From Bacillota bacterium (GTDB lineage Bacteria; Bacillota; DTU025; JANLFS01): DNA of 58,762 nt. The position numbers and the translations under genes were made by a program. How positions within the stretch are numbered: the stretch's first letter is position 1; every line of letters starts with the position of its first letter. This document shows positions 18,991 to 29,298 of this stretch, one piece after another. The DNA lies in NCBI GenBank assembly GCA_024655925.1, contig JANLFS010000005.1, positions 1-58,762 of the forward strand, given 5' to 3'. The notes under the pieces were generated by a model. The model ran no database searches and was not told the origin of the DNA. It worked only from the letters and a program-made list of their open reading frames with translations.

Positions 18991-19129
18991 TGAGGGGCAT
19001 GTCTTGTCCACCTCTTCCTGTGGGAGGAGTTGCCATTCTAGGCATTCCCAACTCGCCCCCTTCGCGAACATTTTTGATCTGAGGCAATGAATCGATTTCG
19101 CGTCCATTTTTGCTGAGGCAACTCGAGCG

Positions 19130-19158
19130 TTGACTTCCGTTCTATCATCGTCTACAAT
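19130..19158 (+). promoter_or_regulatory. sigma-A promoter of the pyr operon
   Basis: TTGACT - 17 nt - TACAAT. Confidence 0.65.
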
Positions 19159-19167
19159 CAAGTAGAA

Positions 19168-19201
19168 CCTTTAAGTCAGCCCTGTGAGGCTGGCAAGGTC
19201 G
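19168..19201 (+). promoter_or_regulatory. PyrR-binding loop 1 (anti-antiterminator) of the pyr leader
   Basis: CCTTTAAGTCAGCCCTGTGAGGCTGGCAAGG matches the PyrR RNA motif (UUUAA..CAG.C...GAGGCUGGCAAG). GAGGCTG can alternatively pair with CAGCCTC in the terminator 5' arm, forming the antiterminator. Confidence 0.8.
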
Positions 19202-19215
19202 CAACGGGGATGTAA

Positions 19216-19251
19216 GCCTGCTCAGCCTCACGGCTGGTGCAGGCATTTTTT
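19216..19251 (+). terminator. intrinsic attenuator terminator of the pyrR leader
   Basis: GCCTGCTCAGCC-TCAC-GGCTGGTGCAGGC (12 bp with one bulge), followed by ATTTTTTCT. Confidence 0.8.
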
Positions 19252-19269
19252 CTGAGGAAAGGGGGATGA

Positions 19270-19821
<552 letters not shown>

Positions 19822-19830
19822 GTAATTAGT

Positions 19831-19865
19831 CCCTTTAAGCTAGTCCTGCGAGGCTGGCAAGGGAG
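19831..19865 (+). promoter_or_regulatory. PyrR-binding loop 2 (pyrR-pyrB intercistronic)
   Basis: CCCTTTAAGCTAGTCCTGCGAGGCTGGCAAGGGAG is a second copy of the PyrR motif. I could not find a clean U-tailed terminator downstream. Confidence 0.7.
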
Positions 19866-20016
19866 ACCGCGCCTGCGGAGCGGCGCCAACCTTCCTTGTA
19901 TCACGCGGCCAGGTAGGCCACCTTCGTGAGCCAGACCTGCCGCGGAAGGGCTCCCTGACCCGAACAGACGGGGCATAGCCAGAACCGGGACAGTGAGAGA
20001 GGGAGGAGGGGCTGAA

Positions 20017-20958
20017 GTGGGATTCGATCAGAGAAAAGACCTCCTTGGCCTGCGGGATCTCGGCAGGGAAGAGATTGAACAGATTCTTGACACTGCGATT
20101 CCCATGAAAGACATCGTCCAGCGAGAGATCAAGAAAGTGCCGACCTTGAGAGGCAAGGGCCTCATCACCGTCTTCTACGAGAACTCCACCCGCACCAGGA
20201 CTTCTTTCGAGCTCGCCGGCAAATACTTGAGCGCAGACACCTCCAATCTCGCAGTCTCTACCAGCAGCGTGCAAAAAGGGGAGACCCTGAGGGACACGAT
20301 CAAGACCATCGAGATGATGGGTCCCCAGGTGATCATCATGCGCCACTCGATGAGCGGGGCCCCACACTACGTGGCACGCAATACCTCCATGAGGGTCATC
20401 AACGCCGGGGACGGCACAAACGAGCACCCAACCCAGGGCCTGCTCGACATGTTCACCATCCGCGAGCACAAAGGGAGATTGGACGGCCTGAAGGTTGCGA
20501 TTCTCGGTGACATCCTTCATAGCCGGGTGGCGCGGTCCAATATCTACGGTTTGCTCAAATTCGGGTGTGAGGTCAGAGTTGCCGGCCCACCGACCCTCAT
20601 ACCCCCCGACGTGGAGAGACTCGGCGTCAAGCCGTGTTTCACGCTCGAGGAAGCCATCCGGGGCGCGGACGTCATAAACGTCCTCCGCATTCAGAAAGAA
20701 CGCCAGCAGGCCGGGCTATTCCCCTCGGTGGACGAGTACTCGAACCTTTACATGCTCCGCCCGGACCACCTGCGCCTTGCCGCTCCCGGCGCAATAGTCC
20801 TCCATCCGGGACCCATGAACAGAGGCGTGGAGATATCCAGCGAGATGGCGGATGGGCCGAGGTCGGTCATCAACGAGCAAGTAATGAACGGAGTGGCCGT
20901 CCGGATGGCGGTTCTCTTCCTCATGATGGGAGGTGGCAGAGATGAGGCTGCGAGTTAG
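20017..20958 (+). CDS. pyrB: aspartate carbamoyltransferase catalytic subunit
   Basis: [38 protein letters not shown]. The GTG at 20017 behind GGGAGGAGGGG is preferred over the listed 19993. Confidence 0.9.
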   Translation: MGFDQRKDLLGLRDLGREEIEQILDTAIPMKDIVQREIKKVPTLRGKGLITVFYENSTRTRTSFELAGKYLSADTSNLAVSTSSVQKGETLRDTIKTIEMMGPQVIIMRHSMSGAPHYVARNTSMRVINAGDGTNEHPTQGLLDMFTIREHKGRLDGLKVAILGDILHSRVARSNIYGLLKFGCEVRVAGPPTLIPPDVERLGVKPCFTLEEAIRGADVINVLRIQKERQQAGLFPSVDEYSNLYMLRPDHLRLAAPGAIVLHPGPMNRGVEISSEMADGPRSVINEQVMNGVAVRMAVLFLMMGGGRDEAAS

Positions 20959-22246
20959 GGACGGGCGGATCATAGACCCTGCGCACAATGTGGACAGTGT
21001 GGCGGATGTTCTGATTGAGGACGGAAGAATCGTGGGTCTCGAACCTGCCACGGATCCAGATAGGGGCTCCACCCAGGGTGACGCTCAGGTAATCGACGCG
21101 ACTGGCAAGATAGTATGCCCCGGCTTCATCGACATGCACGTGCATTTTCGGGACCCGGGATACGAGTACAAGGAGGACATCGAGACCGGATCGCGGGCCG
21201 CCGCCGCCGGGGGCTTCACCACCGTGTGCTGCATGCCCAACACTGACCCTGTGATAGACAACGGGGCCGTGGCCTCCTACGTACGGAAGAGAGCGCAGGA
21301 CGCAGGCGTCATTGACGTGTTGCCGTTCGGGAGTATCACCAAGAGACAGGCAGGCGAGGAGCTGAGCGAGATGGGCGAGCTCGTCCGAGCGGGATGTGTG
21401 GGGTTCTCCGACGACGGCAAGCCGGTGATGAGGGCAGACGTGATGCGCAACGCCCTGAGCTACTCCCGCATCTTCAACGCGCCCATAATCTCTCATTGCG
21501 AAGACTTGAACCTCACTCGCGACGGGCAGATGCACGAGGGCTACTATTCCTTCGTGTTCGGGCTCAAGGGGATTCCCGCCGAGGCCGAGGAAACGATGGT
21601 TGCCAGGGATCTCCTTCTCGCCAGACTGACCGGGGGCCGGTTGCACGTGTGTCACGTGTCGACTCGGGGCTCGCTCGAGCTCATACGTCGGGCGAAGGCA
21701 GAAGGGATAGCGGTCACCTGCGAAGTGACGCCGCACCATCTGACCCTCACCGACGAAGTGGTGGGCTCCTACGACACCAACACCAAAGTGAACCCGCCCC
21801 TTCGGTCCGAGGACCACGTTCAAGCTTTGCGTCAGGCGCTTTCGGAAGGCCTCATTGACTGCATCGCAACTGACCACGCTCCCCACCACCTGGAAAGCAA
21901 GGATTGCGAGTACGCTGCGGCCGCCCCGGGAATAGCAGGTCTTGAAACGGCCGTAGCGGTCATAATGGATCGGCTGGTGCACTCGGGTGCCCTCGACATC
22001 ACAAAGATGGTGAGCCTCTTTACGGTCGGACCCGCGCGGGTGCTGGGCCTGGATCGCGGGACGCTGTCCCCCGGGGCCAGGGCGGACATCACCATCATCG
22101 ATCCAGATCGGGTGAAGAGGGTGAACCCTGAGACCTTCAATTCCAAGGCTCGGAACACGCCGTTCGCTGGGATGGAGCTTCGCGGGTGGCCCTGGATGAC
22201 TATATCGGAAGGCCGGGTCGTGGCCCATGACGGAAGTGTCGGCTGA
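20942..22246 (+). CDS. pyrC: dihydroorotase (multifunctional-complex type)
   Basis: [33 protein letters not shown] behind GGGAGGTGG. Confidence 0.9.
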   Translation: MRLRVRDGRIIDPAHNVDSVADVLIEDGRIVGLEPATDPDRGSTQGDAQVIDATGKIVCPGFIDMHVHFRDPGYEYKEDIETGSRAAAAGGFTTVCCMPNTDPVIDNGAVASYVRKRAQDAGVIDVLPFGSITKRQAGEELSEMGELVRAGCVGFSDDGKPVMRADVMRNALSYSRIFNAPIISHCEDLNLTRDGQMHEGYYSFVFGLKGIPAEAEETMVARDLLLARLTGGRLHVCHVSTRGSLELIRRAKAEGIAVTCEVTPHHLTLTDEVVGSYDTNTKVNPPLRSEDHVQALRQALSEGLIDCIATDHAPHHLESKDCEYAAAAPGIAGLETAVAVIMDRLVHSGALDITKMVSLFTVGPARVLGLDRGTLSPGARADITIIDPDRVKRVNPETFNSKARNTPFAGMELRGWPWMTISEGRVVAHDGSVG

Positions 22247-22309
22247 GCCATTGGGCCGAGAGCCTAGTTGTGCGGTAAGCGCGGCCCAAACCAGAGTGGA
22301 GGCATGCAC

Positions 22310-23098
22310 ATGCCCGTCGTTGAGAAAGCCCGAGTGGTGAGAAACGAACAAGTAGGACCAGATCTCTACGAGATGGAGTGCGCGGCGCCCAGGATCGCGT
22401 CCTCGTGCGCGCCGGGGCAGTTTGTGCATGTCCGGACGAGCCCGGCTTACCATCCGCTGCTGAGACGGCCGCTCAGCCTGTATGACGTGCGCAGGAGCTG
22501 CGGGACTATACACCTCCTGTACAAGTCCTGCGGCCTCGGCACGGGGCTACTGTCCGCCGCAGCGCCGGGAGAGACCATCGACATCCTGGGGCCGCTCGGG
22601 ACCGGGTTCACGTTGATTGAGGCGGGACGGCGGGCACTCCTGGTGGGGGGAGGGGTAGGCATCGCCCCGCTTGTCCACCTCGCCAGGGCATTGAGAGAGC
22701 GAGGGCGCGAGGTGCGAGTACTCTACGGCGCGAACACTGCCTGTGAACTCGCCGCATCCACGCGCCTGGACGCCCTGGGTGTGGACTGGCTTGCCGCCAC
22801 ACTGGATGGCAGCGCAGGCTTCACGGGGCTCGTTACCGAATTGCTAAGCGAGCAGACCAGCCAGGGCGCGGTGGACTTCATCTATACGTGCGGCCCTGAG
22901 CCGATGATGGTCCAGGTGGCTGAATACGCCGGAGCAAGGGGCATACCCGGAGAAGCCTCGCTCGAGGCCAGGATGGCTTGCGGGGTGGGGGCGTGCCTCG
23001 GCTGCGCAGTGCGGCTTGTCGGCCCGGGAGAGCAGTACGCCCGCGTCTGTCGTGACGGGCCGGTGTTCCCGGTGCACGCGGTGGAGTTCCGGTATTGA
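22310..23098 (+). CDS. pyrK: dihydroorotate dehydrogenase B electron-transfer (FAD/2Fe-2S) subunit
   Basis: RRPLSL flavin motif and a C-terminal C-x-C..C-x-x-C...C cluster ([13 protein letters not shown]...CRDGPVF). Confidence 0.85.
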   Translation: MPVVEKARVVRNEQVGPDLYEMECAAPRIASSCAPGQFVHVRTSPAYHPLLRRPLSLYDVRRSCGTIHLLYKSCGLGTGLLSAAAPGETIDILGPLGTGFTLIEAGRRALLVGGGVGIAPLVHLARALRERGREVRVLYGANTACELAASTRLDALGVDWLAATLDGSAGFTGLVTELLSEQTSQGAVDFIYTCGPEPMMVQVAEYAGARGIPGEASLEARMACGVGACLGCAVRLVGPGEQYARVCRDGPVFPVHAVEFRY

Positions 23099-23124
23099 GC
23101 GCTTCCTGGCGAGGGGGGATTTGC

Positions 23125-24066
23125 GTGGAGGGACGAGAGCCTTTCCTTCAGGGAAGACCGGACCTCAGTGTGGACCTGGGCGGAATCAGGCTGGCGAACC
23201 CGGTGGTGGTCGCCGCTGGGACGTTCGGCTACGGGCAGGAATATGAGGAACTGCTGGACCTATCTCGCATCGGCGGCATCGTTGTCAAGGGGACCACGAG
23301 GCACCCCCGGCCGGGCAACCCCGCTCCGCGTATCGTCGAGACTCCGTGCGGAATGCTCAACTCCATCGGGCTTCAGAACCCCGGCATCGATGTGTTCATA
23401 GAAGAGCACCTTCCCCGCCTGTTAGACAGAGGGGCCACTGTGATTGCCAACATCGCGGGAGACAGCGTCCGCGAGTATGCCGAGATGGCCCAGATGATCG
23501 AGAAACATCCAGGTGTGGCTGGGATAGAGCTGAACATCTCTTGCCCCAATGTGAGTCACGGGGGAATGCACTTCGGGTCTGATCCAGCTCTCACCCGCGA
23601 GGTGGTGCGCGCGGTGAGGGAGGTGACGACGCTGCCGGTCATCGCCAAGCTCTCACCGAACGTCGGCGACATCGTGTCCATCGCCGTGGCGGCTCAGGAT
23701 GCCGGGGCGGACGCGCTTTCGATGATCAATACCTTGCTCGGAATGGCAGTGGACGTCGATGCGAGGAAGCCGGCCTTGGGCAACGTCTTCGGAGGGCTTT
23801 CGGGCCCGGCGATCAAACCCATTGCCCTGCGCATGGTTTACCAGGTGCGCCGAGAAGTGGATCTGCCCATCCTGGGGGGCGGAGGGATCATGAGTACACG
23901 AGACGCACTGGAGTTTCTCATGGTTGGCGCCGGCGCCGTGTCCATCGGCACGGGGACATTCGTCAACCCGACGCTCCCGCTGGAAGTGGTGAAAGGACTC
24001 GAGGACTACCTTCGGGCTCACGGCCACTGCCGCATTTCGGAGATCGTAGGAGCGGCGCTCGTGTGA
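23125..24066 (+). CDS. pyrD: dihydroorotate dehydrogenase B catalytic subunit
   Basis: [42 protein letters not shown]. The start is uncertain (23095 TTG or 23125 GTG). Confidence 0.9.
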   Translation: MEGREPFLQGRPDLSVDLGGIRLANPVVVAAGTFGYGQEYEELLDLSRIGGIVVKGTTRHPRPGNPAPRIVETPCGMLNSIGLQNPGIDVFIEEHLPRLLDRGATVIANIAGDSVREYAEMAQMIEKHPGVAGIELNISCPNVSHGGMHFGSDPALTREVVRAVREVTTLPVIAKLSPNVGDIVSIAVAAQDAGADALSMINTLLGMAVDVDARKPALGNVFGGLSGPAIKPIALRMVYQVRREVDLPILGGGGIMSTRDALEFLMVGAGAVSIGTGTFVNPTLPLEVVKGLEDYLRAHGHCRISEIVGAALV

Positions 24067-24105
24067 TTGATTGCTCAAGGCCGCCGCTGATTGGAGGACT
24101 TCGAG

Positions 24106-24840
24106 TTGAAACCAAGAGACCGCGTCATCCTAGCGCTGGATGTGGATAAAGAGGACGAGGCGCTCGCCCTTGTTGAGAAGGTGGCCGGGAACGTGTGGGC
24201 CTTCAAAGTGGGAATGCAGCTTTTCAACAGCGCAGGTCAAGACATTGTCAGGAGGATTCAGGACCTCGGAGGCAGAGTCTTCGTGGACCTGAAGTTCCAC
24301 GATATCCCCAACACCGTGGCCCGAGCCGTGCGGGTCGTCACCAGGCTGGGATGCCTCATGTTGGACGTACATGCTTCCGGCGGTACGGACATGATGCGGG
24401 CCGCGGCGGAGGCGGCCCTGGATGAGGCAGCCCGGCTCGGCATCCCCGCCCCGCTCATTCTGGCGGTGACTGTATTGACCAGCATAGACCAACGTCAGTT
24501 GGAGGAGGAGCTGTTGATTCGGGGCGAAAGCGTCGAGAGAGTGGCTGCCAAATGGGCGCGGATGGCCCAAAGCTCCGGTATCAGCGGCGCGGTGTGTTCG
24601 CCGAGAGAGATCGCCGCCGTCCGGGCTGCATGTGGCCCTGACTTCGTAATAGTGACCCCTGGAATCCGCCCGGCCTGGGCTGCCAACAACGACCAGAAAC
24701 GGGCCTTGACGCCGGGAGAGGCGATCAAGCTTGGCGCGGACTATGTTGTAGTCGGGCGGCCCATAACTCACGCTGAGGACCCCGCCTGTGCCGCCAGGAT
24801 GGTCATCGAAGAGATGGAGGGGACAAGCTGTGCTCAGTGA
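24106..24840 (+). CDS. pyrF: orotidine 5'-phosphate decarboxylase
   Basis: ILALDV, KVGMQLF, VDLKFHDIPNTV, VTPGIR. The start is either TTG 24091 or TTG 24106. Confidence 0.9.
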   Translation: MKPRDRVILALDVDKEDEALALVEKVAGNVWAFKVGMQLFNSAGQDIVRRIQDLGGRVFVDLKFHDIPNTVARAVRVVTRLGCLMLDVHASGGTDMMRAAAEAALDEAARLGIPAPLILAVTVLTSIDQRQLEEELLIRGESVERVAAKWARMAQSSGISGAVCSPREIAAVRAACGPDFVIVTPGIRPAWAANNDQKRALTPGEAIKLGADYVVVGRPITHAEDPACAARMVIEEMEGTSCAQ

Positions 24841-25456
24841 AGAACTAGCGTTAGAGATTCTCGAGGAATCCGGTGCACTCCTGGAAGGCCATTTCGTCCT
24901 CACTTCAGGCAGGCACAGCGACCGCTACGTCCAGTGCGCTCAGGTTCTCAGGTATCCTCACTACACCGAACAGCTGGCGCGGCACCTGGCAGAGCAGTTC
25001 TCAGGTGACCGCGTGGACCTCGTCATTGGTCCCGCCATCGGCGGCATCATAGTCTCTTACGAAGTCGCGCGGCAGCTCGGAGCCCCAAGCTTGTTCACGG
25101 AGCGAGTGGACGGGATAATGACCCTGCGCCGTGGATTCTCTATCTTCCCGGGTCAGCGTGTTCTTGTGGTAGAGGACGTGACCACCACCGGTGGGTCAGT
25201 CCGTGAGGTCATGGACGTGGTGGAGAAGCATGGTGGGCAGGTAGTTGGAGTAGGCGCCTTGGTTGACCGATCCAACGGCAGGGTGGATTTCGGCGTGAAG
25301 CAGCGCGCCGTAGTCACGCTGGACATGAGGTCCTGGGACCCCGGTGAGTGCGCATTGTGCAGAGAAGGGCGGATACCTGCAATCAAGCCCGGGAGCCGCG
25401 TCAACACCGGGGGAGATTCTCCTACTGTGGTGGAAGGAAGCAGGGGATGTTGCTAG
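24830..25456 (+). CDS. pyrE: orotate phosphoribosyltransferase
   Basis: GHFVLTSGRHSDRY and the PRPP motif VLVVEDVTTTGGS. The GTG at 24830 overlaps the pyrF stop. The listed start 24788 lies inside pyrF. Confidence 0.85.
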   Translation: MLSEELALEILEESGALLEGHFVLTSGRHSDRYVQCAQVLRYPHYTEQLARHLAEQFSGDRVDLVIGPAIGGIIVSYEVARQLGAPSLFTERVDGIMTLRRGFSIFPGQRVLVVEDVTTTGGSVREVMDVVEKHGGQVVGVGALVDRSNGRVDFGVKQRAVVTLDMRSWDPGECALCREGRIPAIKPGSRVNTGGDSPTVVEGSRGCC

Positions 25457-25529
25457 AAATACTACTATTGGCTCGGAAAGGGGTAGATCGCTCTGAGCCA
25501 GGAATCAAGAGCAAGGCAGGGGTTGACCT

Positions 25530-26450
25530 ATGAAGCAGCCGTGGAAGGCGTATCTCAAAGCCGGTATTGTCCAGTTCATGGCCTATCCTCAGGTAATGAA
25601 GGGTGAGGGGCCTGTCTATGAGACGGTCAAGAAGATAGTGGACGACGAGTTCTTCGGGTCTGTGGAGATCACCCACATTGCCGACGTGAACGAGCGGAAG
25701 CGAGTGGCCCAGATTCTTGCCACCGGGCACATCGAAGTCGGCTATGGCGCCCAGCCCGTCCTCCTGTCGAACAAGCTGGACATCAACTCACTGAATCCGG
25801 ACGAACGGCGCCGTGCAATGGACCGCGTCAAGCTGGCGATCGACGAGGCGTATGAAGTGGGCGCAGGCAAACTTGCCGTATTATCCGGGAAGGACGTCGC
25901 CAGGCCGGATCGGGCGCGTGCCACTGCGCTCCTGGTAGCATCCCTCAAGGAGATGTGTGCCTACGCTGCAAGCAAGGGCACGCTCACCATAGTCCTGGAG
26001 ACCTTCGACGATGTGGTGGACAAGAAATGCCTGATTGGTCCGTCGACCGCGGCCGCCGAAGTCGCTGCGGCCGTCCGTGCCGAGCACTCGAACTTCGGAC
26101 TGATGGTTGACCTCAGCCACATACCGATGCTGAATGAGACTTCTATCGAGTGTCTTGCGGCTGTCAGGGATTACCTCGTCCATGTACATGTCGGCAACTG
26201 CCTGTTCAACCAGCCCGGCCACCCCGCCGATGGGGACCAGCACCCCAGGTTCGGAATCCCCGGGGGCAAGAACGACGTGCCGGAGCTTGCCGAGTTCCTG
26301 CGCGGCCTGTTCGCCATCGGATACCTAGGAGACCGGAAGGCCTTCCTGCCGACGGTGGCATTTGAAGTCAAGCCGCTGCCCGGAGAGGACTCTGATGTCC
26401 TGGTCGCCGGCACAAAGCGGGCCTTCGAGGAAGCCTGGGCCCTGGTGTAG
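25530..26450 (+). CDS. sugar phosphate isomerase/epimerase (xylose-isomerase-like TIM barrel)
   Basis: Pattern typical of this fold (LVLETF, VDLSHIPML, HVHVGN, metal-ligand E/D/H spacing). Substrate unknown. Confidence 0.6.
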   Translation: MKQPWKAYLKAGIVQFMAYPQVMKGEGPVYETVKKIVDDEFFGSVEITHIADVNERKRVAQILATGHIEVGYGAQPVLLSNKLDINSLNPDERRRAMDRVKLAIDEAYEVGAGKLAVLSGKDVARPDRARATALLVASLKEMCAYAASKGTLTIVLETFDDVVDKKCLIGPSTAAAEVAAAVRAEHSNFGLMVDLSHIPMLNETSIECLAAVRDYLVHVHVGNCLFNQPGHPADGDQHPRFGIPGGKNDVPELAEFLRGLFAIGYLGDRKAFLPTVAFEVKPLPGEDSDVLVAGTKRAFEEAWALV

Positions 26451-26484
26451 TGGGGCTTCAGCAGAATTGTGAGGTGGAAGGGCT

Positions 26485-27546
26485 GTGTTCGACCCGAACG
26501 ACTTCGTGCCGGAGTCGCTCTTTGAGCGCATAACCGCAGTCCGGGTTGACTACCCCGGGGCGATCATGGAGGAAGCACTTGCACGGGGGCGTCGAGAGGT
26601 CCTAGCGCCCGACGGGAAGCTCTGCATTCTCGCGTGCGACCACCCGGCGCGCCGCGTGACCAGTGCTCTTGGTGACCCCACGGCGATGGGGGACCGTCAC
26701 GACTACCTAGGCCGCATACTTCGAGTGATGTCTCATCCGGAGATCGACGGGGTGATGGCCACACCTGACATAATCGAGGACCTTCTGATCGTATCCCACC
26801 TACTCAGGCGGCACCGCGGAGGCGGGTCCTTCCTGGACGGCAAGATATTGATAGGTTGCATGAACCGTGGGGGCCTCGCCGGCACTGTGTTCGAGCTGGA
26901 CGACGCAATGACATCGTACACCGTCGAAAGCATGGTGGCGCATAGACTTGACGCCGCGAAGATGATGTTCCGGCTGGACCCTTCCAACCCGGACTCCCTG
27001 GCCACCATGGTGTACTGCGCCGAGGCCATGAATGCCCTAAACCGGGTGAAGATGCCCGTGTTCCTTGAACCGCTCCCCATAGAGAAGACCGACTGCGGGT
27101 ACCGGGTGAAGAAGACTTCCCTCGATATGATCCAGACCATCGGTGTCGCGTCTGCCATGGGGGAATCCACGGCGAGGCTCTGGCTCAAGATCCCCATCGT
27201 GCCGGAGTTCGAGAGGGTGGCACGGTCGACCACACTTCCCCTTCTGCTCCTAGGTGGCGAATCCTCGGGCAATCCCACCGAGGTCATTCGCGAATTCCGC
27301 CGGGCCTTGAACGCGGGGGCGAACGTGAGGGGCGCACTGATCGGCCGGAACGTGCTTTACCCGGGTGATGTCGACCCGCTAGGGGTGGCGCTCGCCATAA
27401 GCAGGATGATTCACCGCGGGTATTCTGCGGACCAGGCCATAGCCGAGATAAACGAGGTGGCGGGTTTCGGTCGGGATCTCTACCGGATGGAGTCAGCTAC
27501 CCCACGGCTAAAGCCGGAGGCTTGCGATAAGCAAGCCTGGAGCTGA
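26485..27546 (+). CDS. class I aldolase-like (DeoC/FbaB, Cgl0159-type) TIM-barrel protein
   Basis: LCILACDHPARR, DGVMATPDIIEDLL, VFLEPLP, LKIPIV, LLLGGES resemble the DeoC/LacD aldolase superfamily. The last ~17 codons (ATPRLKPEACDKQAWS) look foreign (see the IscB-like relic finding). Confidence 0.5.
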   Translation: MFDPNDFVPESLFERITAVRVDYPGAIMEEALARGRREVLAPDGKLCILACDHPARRVTSALGDPTAMGDRHDYLGRILRVMSHPEIDGVMATPDIIEDLLIVSHLLRRHRGGGSFLDGKILIGCMNRGGLAGTVFELDDAMTSYTVESMVAHRLDAAKMMFRLDPSNPDSLATMVYCAEAMNALNRVKMPVFLEPLPIEKTDCGYRVKKTSLDMIQTIGVASAMGESTARLWLKIPIVPEFERVARSTTLPLLLLGGESSGNPTEVIREFRRALNAGANVRGALIGRNVLYPGDVDPLGVALAISRMIHRGYSADQAIAEINEVAGFGRDLYRMESATPRLKPEACDKQAWS

Positions 27547-27547
27547 C

Positions 27548-27825
27548 CAGCCTCAGCTCATCGGCCGTAAGGCCTTCGGGCTACGTTATTCAGGTCATGA
27601 CACCCTGGGATGCGTGCCATTTCCAGGCTCTGTCGCTCGGCATTAGACAGGCATACCGACCGGATAGCCGTCCGGCATAGGCCCTGTTTCAAGTTGAACG
27701 GCTTCGACGTGCATCCAAAGTACCTGCGGCTGCTTCAAAAAGCCGATGGATACGAGTATACCCAGAAAGGGGGAAGCGGCGTCTCCTCCCCACGCCTGAA
27801 GGCGGGAGCTCCCGACGCCGCGTAG
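27548..27825 (+). pseudogene. C-terminal relic of an IscB/HNH-type IS200/IS605-superfamily protein
   Basis: The listed ORF 27610-27825 ends RIAVRHRPCFKLNGFDVHPKYLRLLQKADGYEYTQKGGSGVSSPRLKAGAP. From memory this matches the IscB tail (..VAVR..GSF.I....V.GI..RYC.LLQRADGY.Y followed by a ..PP.LKAG.. tail). No HNH or RuvC body is present. Confidence 0.3.
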
Positions 27826-27829
27826 GCTG

Positions 27830-28867
27830 GTGGTGGACCGCGGTGACGTCACTGACGAAACGCTTCTCCGCCTCATAAGAATCGTGAATCTGCTCCGGAC
27901 TGCCCCAGATGGCATGACCTTGGCGGAACTCGCCGAGAGGTGCGGTGTCCCCGCTGCGCTGGTAAGGGAGGACCTCATCAGGCTCTCCGAGTACTGCCGC
28001 GCGCCCCTCGTCAGCAGCCTGGACGCCCCCGACGCCCACGAGGATTCAAGCCCTGAAGAAGAAGTGTGGAGCCTCGCGTCCACTTACTTCTCCTTTCCGA
28101 TCACGTCACTTTCCAGGGGTGAGGCTTTGACACTCCTTCGCATCCTGAGGCGGGCGGATGGGGAGTCCGCCGCAGCTTCCGCCAGGAAGAAGGTGGAGCG
28201 CAGCCTCGACCTGACGAAATCTCCAGCTGAGGTGGATCGTGCCCTGGGTCGGAGAGTCGTGAAGACCGGCAGGACCATGTACGGCTCCGGGCAGGAGGAG
28301 TCCAGACTCGATGCTTTGGAGAAGTTCGCGTCCGACGGGACCGCTCTTTCGATCATTTACGAGGATACCCGTGGCCGCCGCACAGAAAGGGATACCTGCC
28401 CTGCCGCGCTAGTGTACGACTGGCGCACGTGCGCCTGGTACTTGTACGGTTACAACCCGCGAGACGGCGGGTTCCGCCATTTCCGGGTGGACCGGATTCG
28501 GCGCTTCTGGCCGTCTTCGAAGAGCCTCCCGGCGCCGGACTCCGCCGAAGTGGACCGGCACGTTCGTTCGTGCTGGGGGGTGGAGTGCACCGGCCCTCCG
28601 GTTGCGGTGGCTGTCCGGTTCGCGAACGATTTCAACGTCATCGAAAGGATGCGTGCGGACACAGCTGACAGGCAGTCCGCAACTTACGAAGAGTGCGCTG
28701 ACGGATCTGTCATATACCGCGACATCATGCCCGGGTACAACGAGTTCCGCACTTGGGTGCTGTCCTTCGGCGAGTCGGCGGAGGTGCTGGCTCCGAAGGA
28801 GCTGCGGGACAGTGTGGCCGCAAGTGTCGCCCGGGTGCTCGAACGGTACAGAATCCGGGTGGAATAG
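27830..28867 (+). CDS. HTH-WYL-WCX transcriptional regulator (PafBC/BrxR/CapW-like architecture)
   Basis: N-terminal wHTH (LLRLIRIVNLLRTAPDGMTLAELAERCGV). WYL core (LSIIYEDTRGRRTERDTCPAALVYDWRTCAWYLYGYNPRDGGFRHFRVDRI). C-terminal extension ending SFGESAEVLAPKELRDSV. Confidence 0.8.
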   Translation: MVDRGDVTDETLLRLIRIVNLLRTAPDGMTLAELAERCGVPAALVREDLIRLSEYCRAPLVSSLDAPDAHEDSSPEEEVWSLASTYFSFPITSLSRGEALTLLRILRRADGESAAASARKKVERSLDLTKSPAEVDRALGRRVVKTGRTMYGSGQEESRLDALEKFASDGTALSIIYEDTRGRRTERDTCPAALVYDWRTCAWYLYGYNPRDGGFRHFRVDRIRRFWPSSKSLPAPDSAEVDRHVRSCWGVECTGPPVAVAVRFANDFNVIERMRADTADRQSATYEECADGSVIYRDIMPGYNEFRTWVLSFGESAEVLAPKELRDSVAASVARVLERYRIRVE

Positions 28868-28956
28868 CCCTATCCACGCACGCGCACATCCGCCATTCTG
28901 GGAGTAGCATTCAGGGAGGTTGATGCAGGCCCTATCCACGCACGCGCAGATCCGCC
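28867..28956 (+). repeat. two 28-nt direct repeats (27/28 identical) with a 62-nt period, possibly degenerate CRISPR repeats
   Basis: GCCCTATCCACGCACGCGCA(C/G)ATCCGCC at 28867-28894 and 28929-28956. The core CCACGCACGCG resembles the CCACGCGTGTG core of the intact repeat at 29011. The 62-nt period fits a 29+33 type I-E unit. Confidence 0.5.
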
Positions 28957-29010
28957 CCGTGCTTCGTCCACTTGTCCTGAAGACCCATAGAGTCATCAAG
29001 TCCACGTCTC

Positions 29011-29039
29011 GTTGTCCCCACGCGTGTGGGGGTGAACCG
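29011..29039 (+). CRISPR. single intact type I-E-like CRISPR repeat (orphan; no cas genes in the window)
   Basis: GTTGTCCCCACGCGTGTGGGGGTGAACCG is 29 nt with a CCCCAC/GTGGGG hairpin. It is very close to the Thermus thermophilus I-E repeat GTAGTCCCCACGCGTGTGGGGATGGACCG as I recall it. Confidence 0.6.
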
Positions 29040-29298
29040 GCCATAGTGCCTATCTGAAGCCCGGGCTACACCTGTGCCTCTGGGCTTCAGTCGTGTTTTT
29101 GGGCACTTCCACGCGACGAGGAAGGAAAATGCGATTAGGCGGAGAAATACTTAGATCTGACGACCATGGAGCCCCTAATCGTGAAGAATCGTGCGTATTC
29201 CCCATAGATAGTCAAAATCGCCGAGTTTTCATGGATGACCTCGAGAGGCTCACGGTCCTGTCGAACCCGCGTGCCGCGCGGGACCGGGAGGCACGGCT

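Noticed and set aside
20921-22513. 530-aa ORF on the minus strand, the longest unassigned frame in the track
   Set aside because: It lies entirely antisense to pyrC and pyrK, whose products carry unmistakable motifs. Its translation is Arg/Pro/Gly/His-rich with no domain. It is a typical high-GC shadow frame.
27610-27825. 71-aa ORF as an intact gene
   Set aside because: Only its C-terminal ~45 residues resemble anything (an IscB-type tail). Upstream it is closed by a stop and lacks the nuclease domains. It is treated as a relic.
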